NCBI GenBank assembly: GCA_016209225.1
Contig: JACQWO010000025.1
Coordinates: forward strand, 14,548 to 78,547
Length of the DNA stretch: 64,000 bases
Source: Desulfobacterales bacterium
GTDB lineage: Bacteria; Desulfobacterota; UBA8473
Reading direction: 5' to 3'
Positions 35,109 to 43,971 of this stretch are shown piece by piece. Position 1 is the first letter of the stretch, and every line of letters begins with the position of its first letter. The translations under genes were made by a program, and so were the position numbers. The notes under the pieces were generated by a model. It did no database searches. It was not told the DNA's origin and saw only the letters and a list, made by a program, of their open reading frames with translations.

Positions 35109-36492
35109 ATCCCTCCTCGACCTGTCCCATAGATTCAAAGGCGGCTCTATCCATATCCTCAAAAAACATGGCGCGTCCTACCTCTCCCCTCAATCGGCGG
35201 GCATCCCTGATACCCATTGCTCCCATCACTTCGATTAGTTGATTGTGCCATGCCCCGATCAGGTTTACGACACGGGAGGCAACCCAGCCAGGTGAGGCTG
35301 TATCTATCTCTACAGGACACGAGAGCCCTTTGGTGCATCTGCGACACATACGGCATTCCAGGGCTATGAGAATAGGGAAGTCTACAAAGACAGTGTCTGC
35401 CCCGCATATTATTGCCTTAGCCACATGCTCTGCCATGGCCAGTCCACCGCTGGCAAGGAGAGTAACCCCATCCCGGATGTTCTCTTCAACAAGTTTCATA
35501 TGGACCAATCTAATCCCATCTTTAAGATTACGGGTGTTATCATCCATAAACCGAGACATCGAGCTTCCTTCCAGATGGATAATGGATATACCGCCTCTTG
35601 CCAGAGAAAGCGCCTTCTCCTCCATCCCTTCAGCCATAGGTATCCTTACCGACACAAAGAGGTTCGGGATGTATCCTTTGATATCCTCAACAACTCCCTG
35701 CCATTCTTCTGTCCAGGGAATCTCTATAATTTTTGCATTCTTCGGGATATTGCCAATTGAAGTTCCTCTGGGCAAAACCAGCGGCATCAAGCAGCCGCCC
35801 ATGTCCTCCAATGCTGAATCGATCTTCTCCATGGGAAGGGCTATAAGAGTCCCAAGACGCCGCGCACCCATTGCCCATCCTTTTATTGTGTTTGGGCTGA
35901 TTGTGCCAAAGGAAGGCATCTTCAAGATTATAGGCAGAGGAATGTCAATAATGGAAGGGACCTCCCCTTCAAGTGTATCGCTGCCATTGAACATCAAATG
36001 TTCCGGAGTTTTACCCATGTCCACTGCAGTGCTTATATATTCACGACCGTGGATACCGTCCCTCGTCGGACGGACTATCTCTGACATATCCGTCCACATG
36101 GAATCAAACCCGGGGCCGCTGAAAGGACCGGGATATCCGGCGCCTGAAACCGGTATCTTTCCCGTTTGAGACTGGTTCCACAACCTCACAATAATCGGCG
36201 GTGACCAATGAGAATCCCCCATGGCATTAAACTCGGGATTCAAGGATTTATGTATCAGCTCCTTAGGGCAATTCTGAACGCACCTGTAACAGTTCATACA
36301 GAGGTTGTCAATGGATTCGATCATGTGACGGGAATCAATGCCCCTTTTATCATAGACGTTGTAAACACACCTCTTCTTCACGCAGACGGCGCACTTCAAA
36401 CAACCCTCTTCCCATGCAATAATCCCCGATTTGCTTACAGGCTGGAAGCGATTAGTCACGGTTTTTGTGTGTATCATGTATTTGGACGGCAT
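35095..36492 (-). CDS. Fe-S plus FMN glutamate-synthase central-domain-like protein, paralog 1
   Basis: CAVCVKKRC, CMNCYRCVQNCP, then LASGGLAMAEHVAKAIICGADTV, an FMN-domain signature. Confidence 0.75.
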   Translation of the reverse strand: MPSKYMIHTKTVTNRFQPVSKSGIIAWEEGCLKCAVCVKKRCVYNVYDKRGIDSRHMIESIDNLCMNCYRCVQNCPKELIHKSLNPEFNAMGDSHWSPPIIVRLWNQSQTGKIPVSGAGYPGPFSGPGFDSMWTDMSEIVRPTRDGIHGREYISTAVDMGKTPEHLMFNGSDTLEGEVPSIIDIPLPIILKMPSFGTISPNTIKGWAMGARRLGTLIALPMEKIDSALEDMGGCLMPLVLPRGTSIGNIPKNAKIIEIPWTEEWQGVVEDIKGYIPNLFVSVRIPMAEGMEEKALSLARGGISIIHLEGSSMSRFMDDNTRNLKDGIRLVHMKLVEENIRDGVTLLASGGLAMAEHVAKAIICGADTVFVDFPILIALECRMCRRCTKGLSCPVEIDTASPGWVASRVVNLIGAWHNQLIEVMGAMGIRDARRLRGEVGRAMFFEDMDRAAFESMGQVEEGCELE

Positions 36493-36514
36493 ACGTTTAC
36501 CCCTTGTAACTACG

Positions 36515-36592
36515 CAGGTGTTTAGGCTGAAGGCTGAAGGCTGAAGTGTCCTAACAGTCTTCCACCTTCAGTCTATCCACCTGAGGTGTTAC
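36515..36592. repeat. Heptad-repeat element (GCTGAAG x3) with conserved terminus GGTGTTTAGGCTG
   Basis: caggtgtttaGGCTGAAGGCTGAAGGCTGAAGtgtcctaacagtcttcCACCTTCAGtc. Lies between metF and the gltB-like operon. Confidence 0.4.
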
Positions 36593-36604
36593 CCCCCCTT
36601 ATTT

Positions 36605-37531
36605 CTAATCGAAGACAGGTCTCGGCAGAAGCCCGGCCCTCTCCACGATTTCACCAACCACCTCTTCCCACTCGATGGCCATGATATGAACCCCTTTTAT
36701 ACCAGGTACCTCTCTCAACCTCCGGATTGTCTCTACACAAATATTAATACCTTCCTCCCGTTGTTTGTACTTAGGTACCCCCTCCATCCTCTTTATAATT
36801 TCATCCGGTATATCCATCCCTGACACCTTGTTCTTCATGTATTTCGCCATGCCGGGCGACTTTAGAGGTGTGACCCCACCAAGGATGTAGGCCTTGTCGG
36901 TAAGCCCCCTGTCTCCGGCCATTCCCATCCACCTTTCGAACCTATCAAGGTTGTAGATACACTGGGTTTGGATAAAATCAGCGCCTGCCCTTATCTTCTT
37001 GGCAAGGCGTATCACTCTGAAATCGAACGGATCGGCAAAGGGATTAGCAGCTGCCCCGATAAAAAGATCCGGGGGCTGACTCAGGTCATCGCCTCCGAGA
37101 ATCTTCCCCTCATCCCGCATCGTTCTCACCACCTGAACAAATTGTATGGAGTCCAGGTCAAAGACGCCCATCGCCTGGGGCTGATTTCCAAAGATGTGAT
37201 GATCACCTGAGAGACATAAAACATTCCTTATGCCAAGTGCAGATGCACCCAGAATGTCAGACTGCAAGGCGATTCTATTACGATCCCGCACCACCATCTG
37301 GAGCACAGGGTCAAGCCCCGCTGTTTTCAACAGGCTGCAAGCCGCAATACTCGACATCCTGACTATGGCAGTCTGATTGTCTGTAACATTAACGGCATCC
37401 ACATTGTTTCGCAACATTTCAGCTTTCTTTAGCACAACATCGGAGTTTGCCCCTCTGGGGGGACCACACTCTGCTGTAACTGCAAAACCGCCTCCCTCAA
37501 GCACTCTTTTTAACTTGCTGCTATTGTTCAC
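36605..37531 (-). CDS. metF: Methylenetetrahydrofolate reductase
   Basis: 308 aa. FAVTAECGPPRG and LCLSGDH are MTHFR motifs. Overlaps metV by 4 nt. Confidence 0.8.
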   Translation of the reverse strand: MNNSSKLKRVLEGGGFAVTAECGPPRGANSDVVLKKAEMLRNNVDAVNVTDNQTAIVRMSSIAACSLLKTAGLDPVLQMVVRDRNRIALQSDILGASALGIRNVLCLSGDHHIFGNQPQAMGVFDLDSIQFVQVVRTMRDEGKILGGDDLSQPPDLFIGAAANPFADPFDFRVIRLAKKIRAGADFIQTQCIYNLDRFERWMGMAGDRGLTDKAYILGGVTPLKSPGMAKYMKNKVSGMDIPDEIIKRMEGVPKYKQREEGINICVETIRRLREVPGIKGVHIMAIEWEEVVGEIVERAGLLPRPVFD

Positions 37532-38196
37532 TTTTGTTGGTCCTCCCTGACTATCTTTCTCGGTCCCCCGCCCTGCTTTCTCGACCAGTCCTTAGGCGGG
37601 TAGATATTTTCAAGCCTGTCAAGTGCCCCGAACTTTGTTAAACGATCAACAATCAGATGCCAGGCGCACTTGACATCAGGATTGATCTCACACCTGCCGT
37701 CCATCGAACCCCCACACGGTCCGTTTAAAAGCTGTTTAGAACATCGAGCCACAGGGCAAATGCCCCCGAAGTGGTGAAGCATGCAGTCACCACATCCCAG
37801 ACAGCTCTCTACCCAATAGCCTTGATCCCTTGTCTCACCTAGAAACTCGGTGTTTATTGCAGGTATTATAGGCACTTCCGTAAACATCTCGGCAACAGCC
37901 TGAACTCCTGCCCCGCATCCCAGAGAAAGTACTGCATCATATTTCTCGATTATGTCATCGAGAAGGATGACAAAGTCCCTCACACATTGGCGGTCAAGGG
38001 TTTTTTCTTCAATAAGCACATCTTCTCCCTTCATCTTGGCTGCCATACGTAAAGTAGACGCAAGCATTGCCGTCTCTTTTTCCCCTCCGGCCGCACATTC
38101 GGCTACACAAGAGGCACAGCCAAGGACGAGGATTCGTTTGTAAGGGGCGATCATCTCCCTGATCTCGTCTATGGGCTTTTGTTCTCCGGTAATCAT
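37528..38196 (-). CDS. metV: MTHFR-associated Fe-S/zinc subunit MetV (MTHFR_C domain)
   Basis: 222 aa. CASCVAECAAGG ... CLGCGDCMLHHFGGICPVARCSKQLLNGPCGG is the typical MetV cysteine pattern. Confidence 0.7.
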   Translation of the reverse strand: MITGEQKPIDEIREMIAPYKRILVLGCASCVAECAAGGEKETAMLASTLRMAAKMKGEDVLIEEKTLDRQCVRDFVILLDDIIEKYDAVLSLGCGAGVQAVAEMFTEVPIIPAINTEFLGETRDQGYWVESCLGCGDCMLHHFGGICPVARCSKQLLNGPCGGSMDGRCEINPDVKCAWHLIVDRLTKFGALDRLENIYPPKDWSRKQGGGPRKIVREDQQK

Positions 38197-38422
38197 AGGT
38201 TGTCTCCTCTCTCCAATTCAGATACTGAACTCCAGACGTCAGACACCAGACTTTTCTGTAACTGTTCACGGTTTACGGTAATTACAACAGCAGGCTTAAG
38301 CCCGCTGTTATATAAAGCTTGGAGCATTTTTGCCAACTGTTAACTGCAAATCGTAAACTGTAAACAGATACCCCAAGTCTAATGTCTTAGGTCTATAGTC
38401 TTACTGTCTGAATCACGGTTAC

Positions 38423-38836
38423 TTAATTGTGTACAGGGGATGGAGGTAATTTCAAAGTTCTTTCCATTGCGGCCCTGGCATGATCGGCTAATGATATTGG
38501 GTTCTCTTTTGAACCGATTATCATACCTATCCGTTCTACCTCCAGCCCGATGCTTGCAATGATTGCCCTGGTCTTCTCCACCCGCTTTTTTGCCCTTTTA
38601 TTTCCTTCAGAATATCTACATACCCCTTCAGGGCATGTAATTATAAAGACAACGTCAGCAAATTCCTCCAGCGCCAGCAGCAGATGAATAGGTTCCAGCC
38701 TTCCACTGCAAGGAACAGTAAAAAGCCTTATGCCTCTCCCATACTTCTCCTCCAAATCCTGTCTTTCCCTTTCGCCACTTGCGGGAACATTCTGACAATA
38801 ATAAAGAGCAAGTGTCCGTTTCTGTTCGCTGGTCAT
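38423..38836 (-). CDS. MvhD/FlpD-like hydrogenase iron-sulfur subunit family protein
   Basis: 137 aa. LFTVPCSGRLEP...FIITCPEGVCRY is the MvhD-family cysteine pattern. Confidence 0.65.
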   Translation of the reverse strand: MTSEQKRTLALYYCQNVPASGERERQDLEEKYGRGIRLFTVPCSGRLEPIHLLLALEEFADVVFIITCPEGVCRYSEGNKRAKKRVEKTRAIIASIGLEVERIGMIIGSKENPISLADHARAAMERTLKLPPSPVHN

Positions 38837-38849
38837 TTGTAATAAACCC

Positions 38850-39010
38850 CTTTCAGTGACTGCTTAGGTTGTTTAGACTGTAGGCTGTTAGTCTACAGTC
38901 TACAGGCTACAGGCTAACAGTCTACAGGCTACAGGCTATCCGTTCAGGTCGCACATGATTTCCTCCCACAGGCTAACTGCCTACAGCCTAAACACCCGAG
39001 TAGTTACCAT
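38850..39010. repeat. Heptad-repeat element (CTACAGG family) flanked by inverted termini (GGTTGTTTAGACTGTAGGCTGTTAG and CTAACTGCCTACAGCCTAAACACC)
   Basis: ctacaggctacaggctaacagtctacaggctacaggcta between roughly 24-bp inverted arms. The terminus resembles that of element 36515-36592. Confidence 0.45.
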
Positions 39011-39166
39011 CCTGAACCCAAAAAAAAAGGTGCCCTCTTTGATCAGACACCTTTGTCCCTTTTTAGTATTACAGTACCCCATCGTACTGTACTAACTTTT
39101 CACTGCGCTAAAGTTCCCATAGTATTTGGGCAATAGCCTTTGTCATCTTTTACGAGTTTTTTGACA

Positions 39167-39361
39167 TTAGACTTTATAATAAAGTAATTCTAATATCCTG
39201 GCAGTCTCAAGTTGATTGCCTTTGTTTTTCTCCATTACTTTTTCTGCCAGAGGCCTTCCCAAAACTTCTTGAATAAAGGTATACAAGTCCTTGTCTGTCC
39301 TGCTCAAAAAAAAGTCTTCGACTATTTTTACCGCCTGTTCTTGAATATTCAAGCTTTCCAA
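39167..39361 (-). pseudogene. Third, degenerate copy of the sigma54-activator C-terminal (Fis-HTH) segment, 64 aa
   Basis: DKDLYTFIQEVL...KNKGNQLETARILEL aligns with DKDVFSFLEKML...RTKGNQVKAAKLLGI of gene 27840-29285. It lacks the end of the HTH. Confidence 0.4.
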
Positions 39362-39399
39362 AATTCTACAACCTTCCGTTATTCCCTACCCCCCTAAAA

Positions 39400-39760
39400 C
39401 AAATTTAAGGAACTTTCCACAAGAAGGGTGGAATTAGCGTTTAGGGTTAAATTAATATGAAATATGTTAAATATTGCTTAACTTAATCCTTGTTTAGAAA
39501 AATAAATAAATCGCTTATGCTTTAGCAATGATTAATATTTTAATCATGCTTAAATTAAATGTCAAGATAAAAATTGCGCCCAATAAAAATATTTACATAC
39601 TAATTAAGCACTGCTTAATTAGTTGAATTTGCAAAACTTATGAATTAAATTATTAAAAACAAATTGTTTTGACTTTTCCCTGTATTTAGTTACACTGAAT
39701 AAATTAATAAAAGAACCTTAGAAAAGTATCCCTTTTTAGCTTAAGCATCCATTTTTTGAG
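39400..39760. promoter_or_regulatory. AT-rich region with TTAAGCA-type palindromes upstream of the KaiC-like/HTH gene
   Basis: Perfect palindrome TTAAGCAcTGCTTAA. Related sites: ATTGCTTAA, ATGCTTTAGCAAT, ATGCTTAAATTAAAT, AGCTTAAGCAT. Confidence 0.3.
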
Positions 39761-39769
39761 GTGGGTCTT

Positions 39770-40846
39770 ATGAAAGAATTTTATAGCAGCGGAATTCCGT
39801 ATTTAGATGATCTCATGGGAGGGGTTTTACTTGGGGATAATGTAGTTTGGGTATTGGGGCCAGGGACGTATTATGATTATTTTTTGGAATGTTTTTTGAC
39901 TGTAAGGGAGGATAACCCTTTCAAGAATATCTATGTGAGCTTTGATTTCCCTCCTCAAAAGATATACACACGTTATAAGGAGTTTTTCGATAAAGAGGAT
40001 TTTATACTTGTGGATGCCTTTACATTCGGAAAGGCAAAGGGCGATGAGTTCTTTCAATCCTTTTACAAAAGTGAAACTACCGGATCCGAGTCGTTTCGTG
40101 TACACTGCATAAAAGACCTGTCTGACCCTATCGAATTTATAAAAGTCATTCGTGAATTGCAAAATGAATTTAAAGAGGGTAGCTTGTGTAAATATGCCTT
40201 TGATAGCCTGACGGGAATGCAAGAACTATGGGGTGAAAAAGAGACCCTTCATTTCTTTACATATACCTGTCCCAAACTTTTTGAGCTAAAGGCATTGGCT
40301 TACTGGCCCCTGGCTAAGGATGCTCATTCTAAAGCGTTCTTGGCAAATATAAGCCATATAACCCAATTGGTAATTCATTTAGATTCTCAGGGAGACAGTA
40401 CCTGTACGGCAGGATTTTTAAAGATGGATGGCAGGCCTTCTCAGTTGTTGAACGGCGTTCATTACTATAATTTTCAAGACAATGAGATAAATTTTCTAGA
40501 ACCCTCTGAACAGGCAGATGAACGAAGATTTAAAACATATGGATTGTCTTATCAAGGGAGAGATTCGGAAAGAATTCCGAGTTTTTTACGCAATAAAGAC
40601 CGGATAAATATAGGAGGCCGTATCAAGGATTTTCGACTGAAAAAAAACATTTCACAGGTAGAATTAGCCAGAATATTGGATATTACACCAAGTGCGTTAT
40701 CTCAAATAGAGAGCAATCAGAGCCTTCCATCACTTAAACTCTTCGTGGATATTGCCCGATGTCTTGAAAAATCCCTGGATTCTTTCTTTATCGATTCTCA
40801 TGCTCCCCTTAAAAATCAAAGGCAAAACAGAAGAGAACGAGGGTAG
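39770..40846 (+). CDS. KaiC/RecA-superfamily-like domain with degenerate Walker A, fused to a C-terminal XRE-type HTH
   Basis: GIPYLDDLMGGVLLGDNVVWVLGPGTYYDYF, with no GKT/S. The C-terminus LKKNISQVELARILDITPSALSQIESNQSLPSLKLFVDIARCL is the HTH_XRE pattern. RBS GAGGTGGG before the ATG at 39770. Confidence 0.55.
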   Translation: MKEFYSSGIPYLDDLMGGVLLGDNVVWVLGPGTYYDYFLECFLTVREDNPFKNIYVSFDFPPQKIYTRYKEFFDKEDFILVDAFTFGKAKGDEFFQSFYKSETTGSESFRVHCIKDLSDPIEFIKVIRELQNEFKEGSLCKYAFDSLTGMQELWGEKETLHFFTYTCPKLFELKALAYWPLAKDAHSKAFLANISHITQLVIHLDSQGDSTCTAGFLKMDGRPSQLLNGVHYYNFQDNEINFLEPSEQADERRFKTYGLSYQGRDSERIPSFLRNKDRINIGGRIKDFRLKKNISQVELARILDITPSALSQIESNQSLPSLKLFVDIARCLEKSLDSFFIDSHAPLKNQRQNRRERG

Positions 40847-40859
40847 GTTCTTAGTGTTC

Positions 40860-42053
40860 TCAGTACATCTCGTATTTAACCAGCCTGCCGTCAAGCCCGC
40901 CGGCTTTGATCGGTTTTTTCCATGATGCTTTAAGCCCGATTTTTTTGATATACTTCCGTTCTCCGAAATAAACAAAAGCGGCCGAGCCTTTGCATTTCTG
41001 TTTCAGAAAATCGCCGAGATTTTTATAAAACATTTCAAGGTTCTCATTTCCCCCCATCCGAATGCCATAAGACGGATTGGTCACAATTACATGCTCTTCA
41101 AGGGCAGGCAGCTTTCTGAAGTCCGCCCTTTCAACGCTTACGTTATTTCCGAAATGGAGCCCCATCAGGTTTGTCCTCGACGCCCTAACAGCCTCCGCGG
41201 ACACATCACTACCTGCAATCAGCCCTTTCGGGAGTTCCCGGATGTGTCCGTCGGCCTCTTTTTTTACCTGCTTCCAGACAGCGCCATCAAAGTCGGGCAG
41301 AAATTCAAAACCGAATTGATTCCTGAAAACACCCGCAGGAATATTGCTATACCGCATGAGCGCTTCACACAAAAGGGTTCCCGAACCGCACAAAGGATCA
41401 TATAAAGGAACAGAACCGTCCCATTCGCTGAATCGAATAATCGCGGCGGCGACGGTTTCCTGCATCGGTGCCGAAACGGTCTCTTCTCTGTATCCTCTCC
41501 GGTGAAGCGCGCCGCCTGAGGTATCGAGGCTTATCACTGCCTCATTGTTCCTGATATGAAGGTTCAGCAGGATATCCGGATTCCTTACCGACACATTTGG
41601 ACGCCGACCGGTTTTTTCTTTAAAATAGTCTGCAACCGCATCTTTAAGTCGGAGGGCAGCGTACTTTGAATGCGAAATCGAACTGTTGGAAACATTCCCC
41701 GATACGGCAAAGGTATTGCCTTTTGCAAAAAAATCTTCCCAGGAGATTTGTTTGGCCTTCTGATACAGAGTATCGGGATCATGACAAGGGTATGATATTA
41801 ACGGCGCCAGGCACCGTGAAAGAAGCCTGGTCAAATAATTAATTCGATACAGGGTTGATTTGTCCGCCCTGAAATGAATTCCGCTGAATTCCGGCCTTAC
41901 ATCTTCAGCGCCGAGTTCAGCAAGTTCCTCCGCACCGGCTTCTTTTAAACCGTCGGCTATCTGGGCAAAATAACGGCAATCCTTCTGATACTGATATACC
42001 GCCGTTTGCCGCTTTTCTCTTCTAAGGCATTTGACCCTATCGGCTGATGCCAT
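40860..42053 (-). CDS. THUMP-domain class I SAM methyltransferase (RlmL/YpsC-like)
   Basis: 397 aa. The N-terminus is THUMP-like. DPLCGSGTLL (motif I) and VTNPSYGIRM (an NPPY-type motif) are typical of RlmL-family RNA methyltransferases. Confidence 0.7.
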   Translation of the reverse strand: MASADRVKCLRREKRQTAVYQYQKDCRYFAQIADGLKEAGAEELAELGAEDVRPEFSGIHFRADKSTLYRINYLTRLLSRCLAPLISYPCHDPDTLYQKAKQISWEDFFAKGNTFAVSGNVSNSSISHSKYAALRLKDAVADYFKEKTGRRPNVSVRNPDILLNLHIRNNEAVISLDTSGGALHRRGYREETVSAPMQETVAAAIIRFSEWDGSVPLYDPLCGSGTLLCEALMRYSNIPAGVFRNQFGFEFLPDFDGAVWKQVKKEADGHIRELPKGLIAGSDVSAEAVRASRTNLMGLHFGNNVSVERADFRKLPALEEHVIVTNPSYGIRMGGNENLEMFYKNLGDFLKQKCKGSAAFVYFGERKYIKKIGLKASWKKPIKAGGLDGRLVKYEMY

Positions 42054-42317
42054 TTATCACCGCTTTCGTTTCAATCGGAGCAGGAAAGAACGGTCGAGAT
42101 ATTGCTTGACCATTTCAAACCTTTTGCAGTATTAGTTGTAACACGCCTGAATGAACTCTTTCGTTGCCGCATCAGGGTATATTGCAAGAGTTTGGGTATA
42201 AAATCAACTGAATTGTGCGTAAGTCCGTTCTTTGGTGGGAAGAATGCGAGCGCGCAGCCGGAGGAAAATTTTTACGGGTATTGATGTTGGGTAAACAGGA
42301 AGGGGGAGGCCTGCAAA

Positions 42318-42593
42318 ATGGATACGGATTATAAAAGCAGAACCCGGAAAAAAAATGAAGACAAGGCACTACAGCGCCTGGGCGAACAGTTGGTCGCCCT
42401 GCCGTTAGGCCAGCTTGAGACCATGGGGCTGCCGGATGAGCTTCTGACTGCCATCGAATTAGCACGCAGAATAAGGAGCCATAGCGCCAAGCGCAGGCAG
42501 ATTCAGTACATCGGCGTCCTCATGCGGCATATCGACCCGCAACCCATCGAAACCGCCCTCGATCGCATCCGGTCAGGAAACTTACGGAAATAA
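42318..42593 (+). CDS. YjgA/DarP-family (DUF615) ribosome-associated protein, short form (N-terminal half only)
   Basis: ALQRLGEQLVALPLGQLETMGLPDELLTAIELARRIRSHSAKRRQIQYIGVLMR is colinear with E. coli YjgA residues about 20-90. It stops at 91 aa. Confidence 0.5.
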   Translation: MDTDYKSRTRKKNEDKALQRLGEQLVALPLGQLETMGLPDELLTAIELARRIRSHSAKRRQIQYIGVLMRHIDPQPIETALDRIRSGNLRK

Positions 42594-42768
42594 CCCGGCG
42601 CCCGCCGAAAACGCGGAATTTTAACCCCGTACCCTTATAACGGTGCAATTTTCGGGTTAACTCTGCCTTCAGTGGCCCAATATCCGAGATAAGCCGCCGC
42701 GCGGCGGGAACAAGGTCGAATGCAACGTGTGTGGTCAGGGGATTCATTTGCTTCAGCGCATCGGCTGG

Positions 42769-43839
42769 TTATTCATTCAGTTTCACATTGCCGAGAAACA
42801 CGATAAACTTCTTGAGCAGATCTCTGTCGAAGCATCGTCTCATGCCCATATCGCGATCATCCTGCTTCGGATCCTCATCCTCTTCTTTATCTTCAGGCAT
42901 TCCGATCATGATCTGCGCTGCCTTCATGGGGGGCATGGGATCTTTGTAGGACCGGCGGGACGTCATGGCGTCAAACACGTCGATAATCCTCAATACACGG
43001 GCCAAGATGTTTATGTTCTGTCCTTCCAGGCTCATGGGATATCCTCCACCTTCGAAATCCTCATGATGATGCAACACCGCTTTTTTCACGAACGTGGGGA
43101 TTTCCGTATCGATAAGCATCGCCATACCGTTGAGCGGATGGCGTTTCATGATTTCCCACTCTACCTCGTTGAGGGGTTCGTTTTTTGTGAGTATATCTTG
43201 CGAAACAAAGGCTTTGCCGATGTCGTGCAGCAGGGCACCGATGCCGCATTGTTTCATCATATCCATTCTCCGGGTTTCATCGAGTAGCTGATACCCCGGC
43301 TCGATCTGTTCCATGATGTACGGGTTAAGTTGGAGAAACGCCACGGTAAACCAGAGGACCTTGGTTGAATGTTCATATGTCCGGTAGTCATGGCCGATCA
43401 TTTTCGCCAGCGCCTGAAGGGATTTTGCTTCCTTTATGAATATCAGGGCATTTTCAATAAATTGCTGCGTCCGCTGGATAGCTGCGGTGCCCATAGTGCC
43501 CAGCCCGTAGGACGTTTCAAAGGCTACCTTGAGGACATTGGTGGAAACTTTACTGAATACCTCTGCTTTATGGTCGTCCGCCATCGATTGATTACCCAGG
43601 ATATTCCCCAGATTGCTCTCAAGATAAAGTTCGTATTTGAACTGTTCTTCGAGGGCGATAAATACCTCGATGGTTCCGCTCTCGGAAAGTTTGGCGAGTT
43701 GTTCTGTAGTGACTTTTTTGCCTTCCAACGCCCAGAGGACATGTTTCCCCTGCGGCGTGACGACATAAATTCTAAAATCTGGTAAGGCCCCTGGTATAAT
43801 CGCACCAGGTGGGACGGCTATGTACCTGCTGTCTGTCAT
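42769..43839 (-). CDS. HD-GYP domain protein (candidate c-di-GMP phosphodiesterase)
   Basis: HDIGK and HHHEDFEGGGYP motifs. The N-terminal roughly 150 aa are unassigned. Confidence 0.75.
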   Translation of the reverse strand: MTDSRYIAVPPGAIIPGALPDFRIYVVTPQGKHVLWALEGKKVTTEQLAKLSESGTIEVFIALEEQFKYELYLESNLGNILGNQSMADDHKAEVFSKVSTNVLKVAFETSYGLGTMGTAAIQRTQQFIENALIFIKEAKSLQALAKMIGHDYRTYEHSTKVLWFTVAFLQLNPYIMEQIEPGYQLLDETRRMDMMKQCGIGALLHDIGKAFVSQDILTKNEPLNEVEWEIMKRHPLNGMAMLIDTEIPTFVKKAVLHHHEDFEGGGYPMSLEGQNINILARVLRIIDVFDAMTSRRSYKDPMPPMKAAQIMIGMPEDKEEDEDPKQDDRDMGMRRCFDRDLLKKFIVFLGNVKLNE

Positions 43840-43971
43840 CCGATATGCTCTCTACTGTTCGATTTTCTCCCGCGTAAAAGGAGCCGGTTATATTAGCTCA
43901 ATAATTTGGTAACTTTTTGGAGTTTATCAAAAGGTGTTTCATAATTCAACCCTCCACGACAGGATTAAATT

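Noticed and set aside
35243-36169. A 308-aa plus-strand ORF opposite the gltB-like gene
   Set aside because: Antisense to an Fe-S/FMN protein with conserved motifs. Composition is Ser/Pro/Ile-biased in the way antisense frames of this gene would be.
36520-36592. Hairpin between metF and the gltB-like operon considered as an intrinsic terminator
   Set aside because: The stem CTGAAG(T)G ... CACCTTCAG is imperfect and is not followed by a U-run on the transcribed (minus) strand. Better explained as part of the heptad-repeat element.
42690-42712. Perfect GC palindrome CCGCCGCGCGGCGG downstream of the HD-GYP gene, considered as a terminator
   Set aside because: No adjacent T/U-run on either strand. 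Could still be a Rho-dependent or structural site, but it is not callable from sequence.
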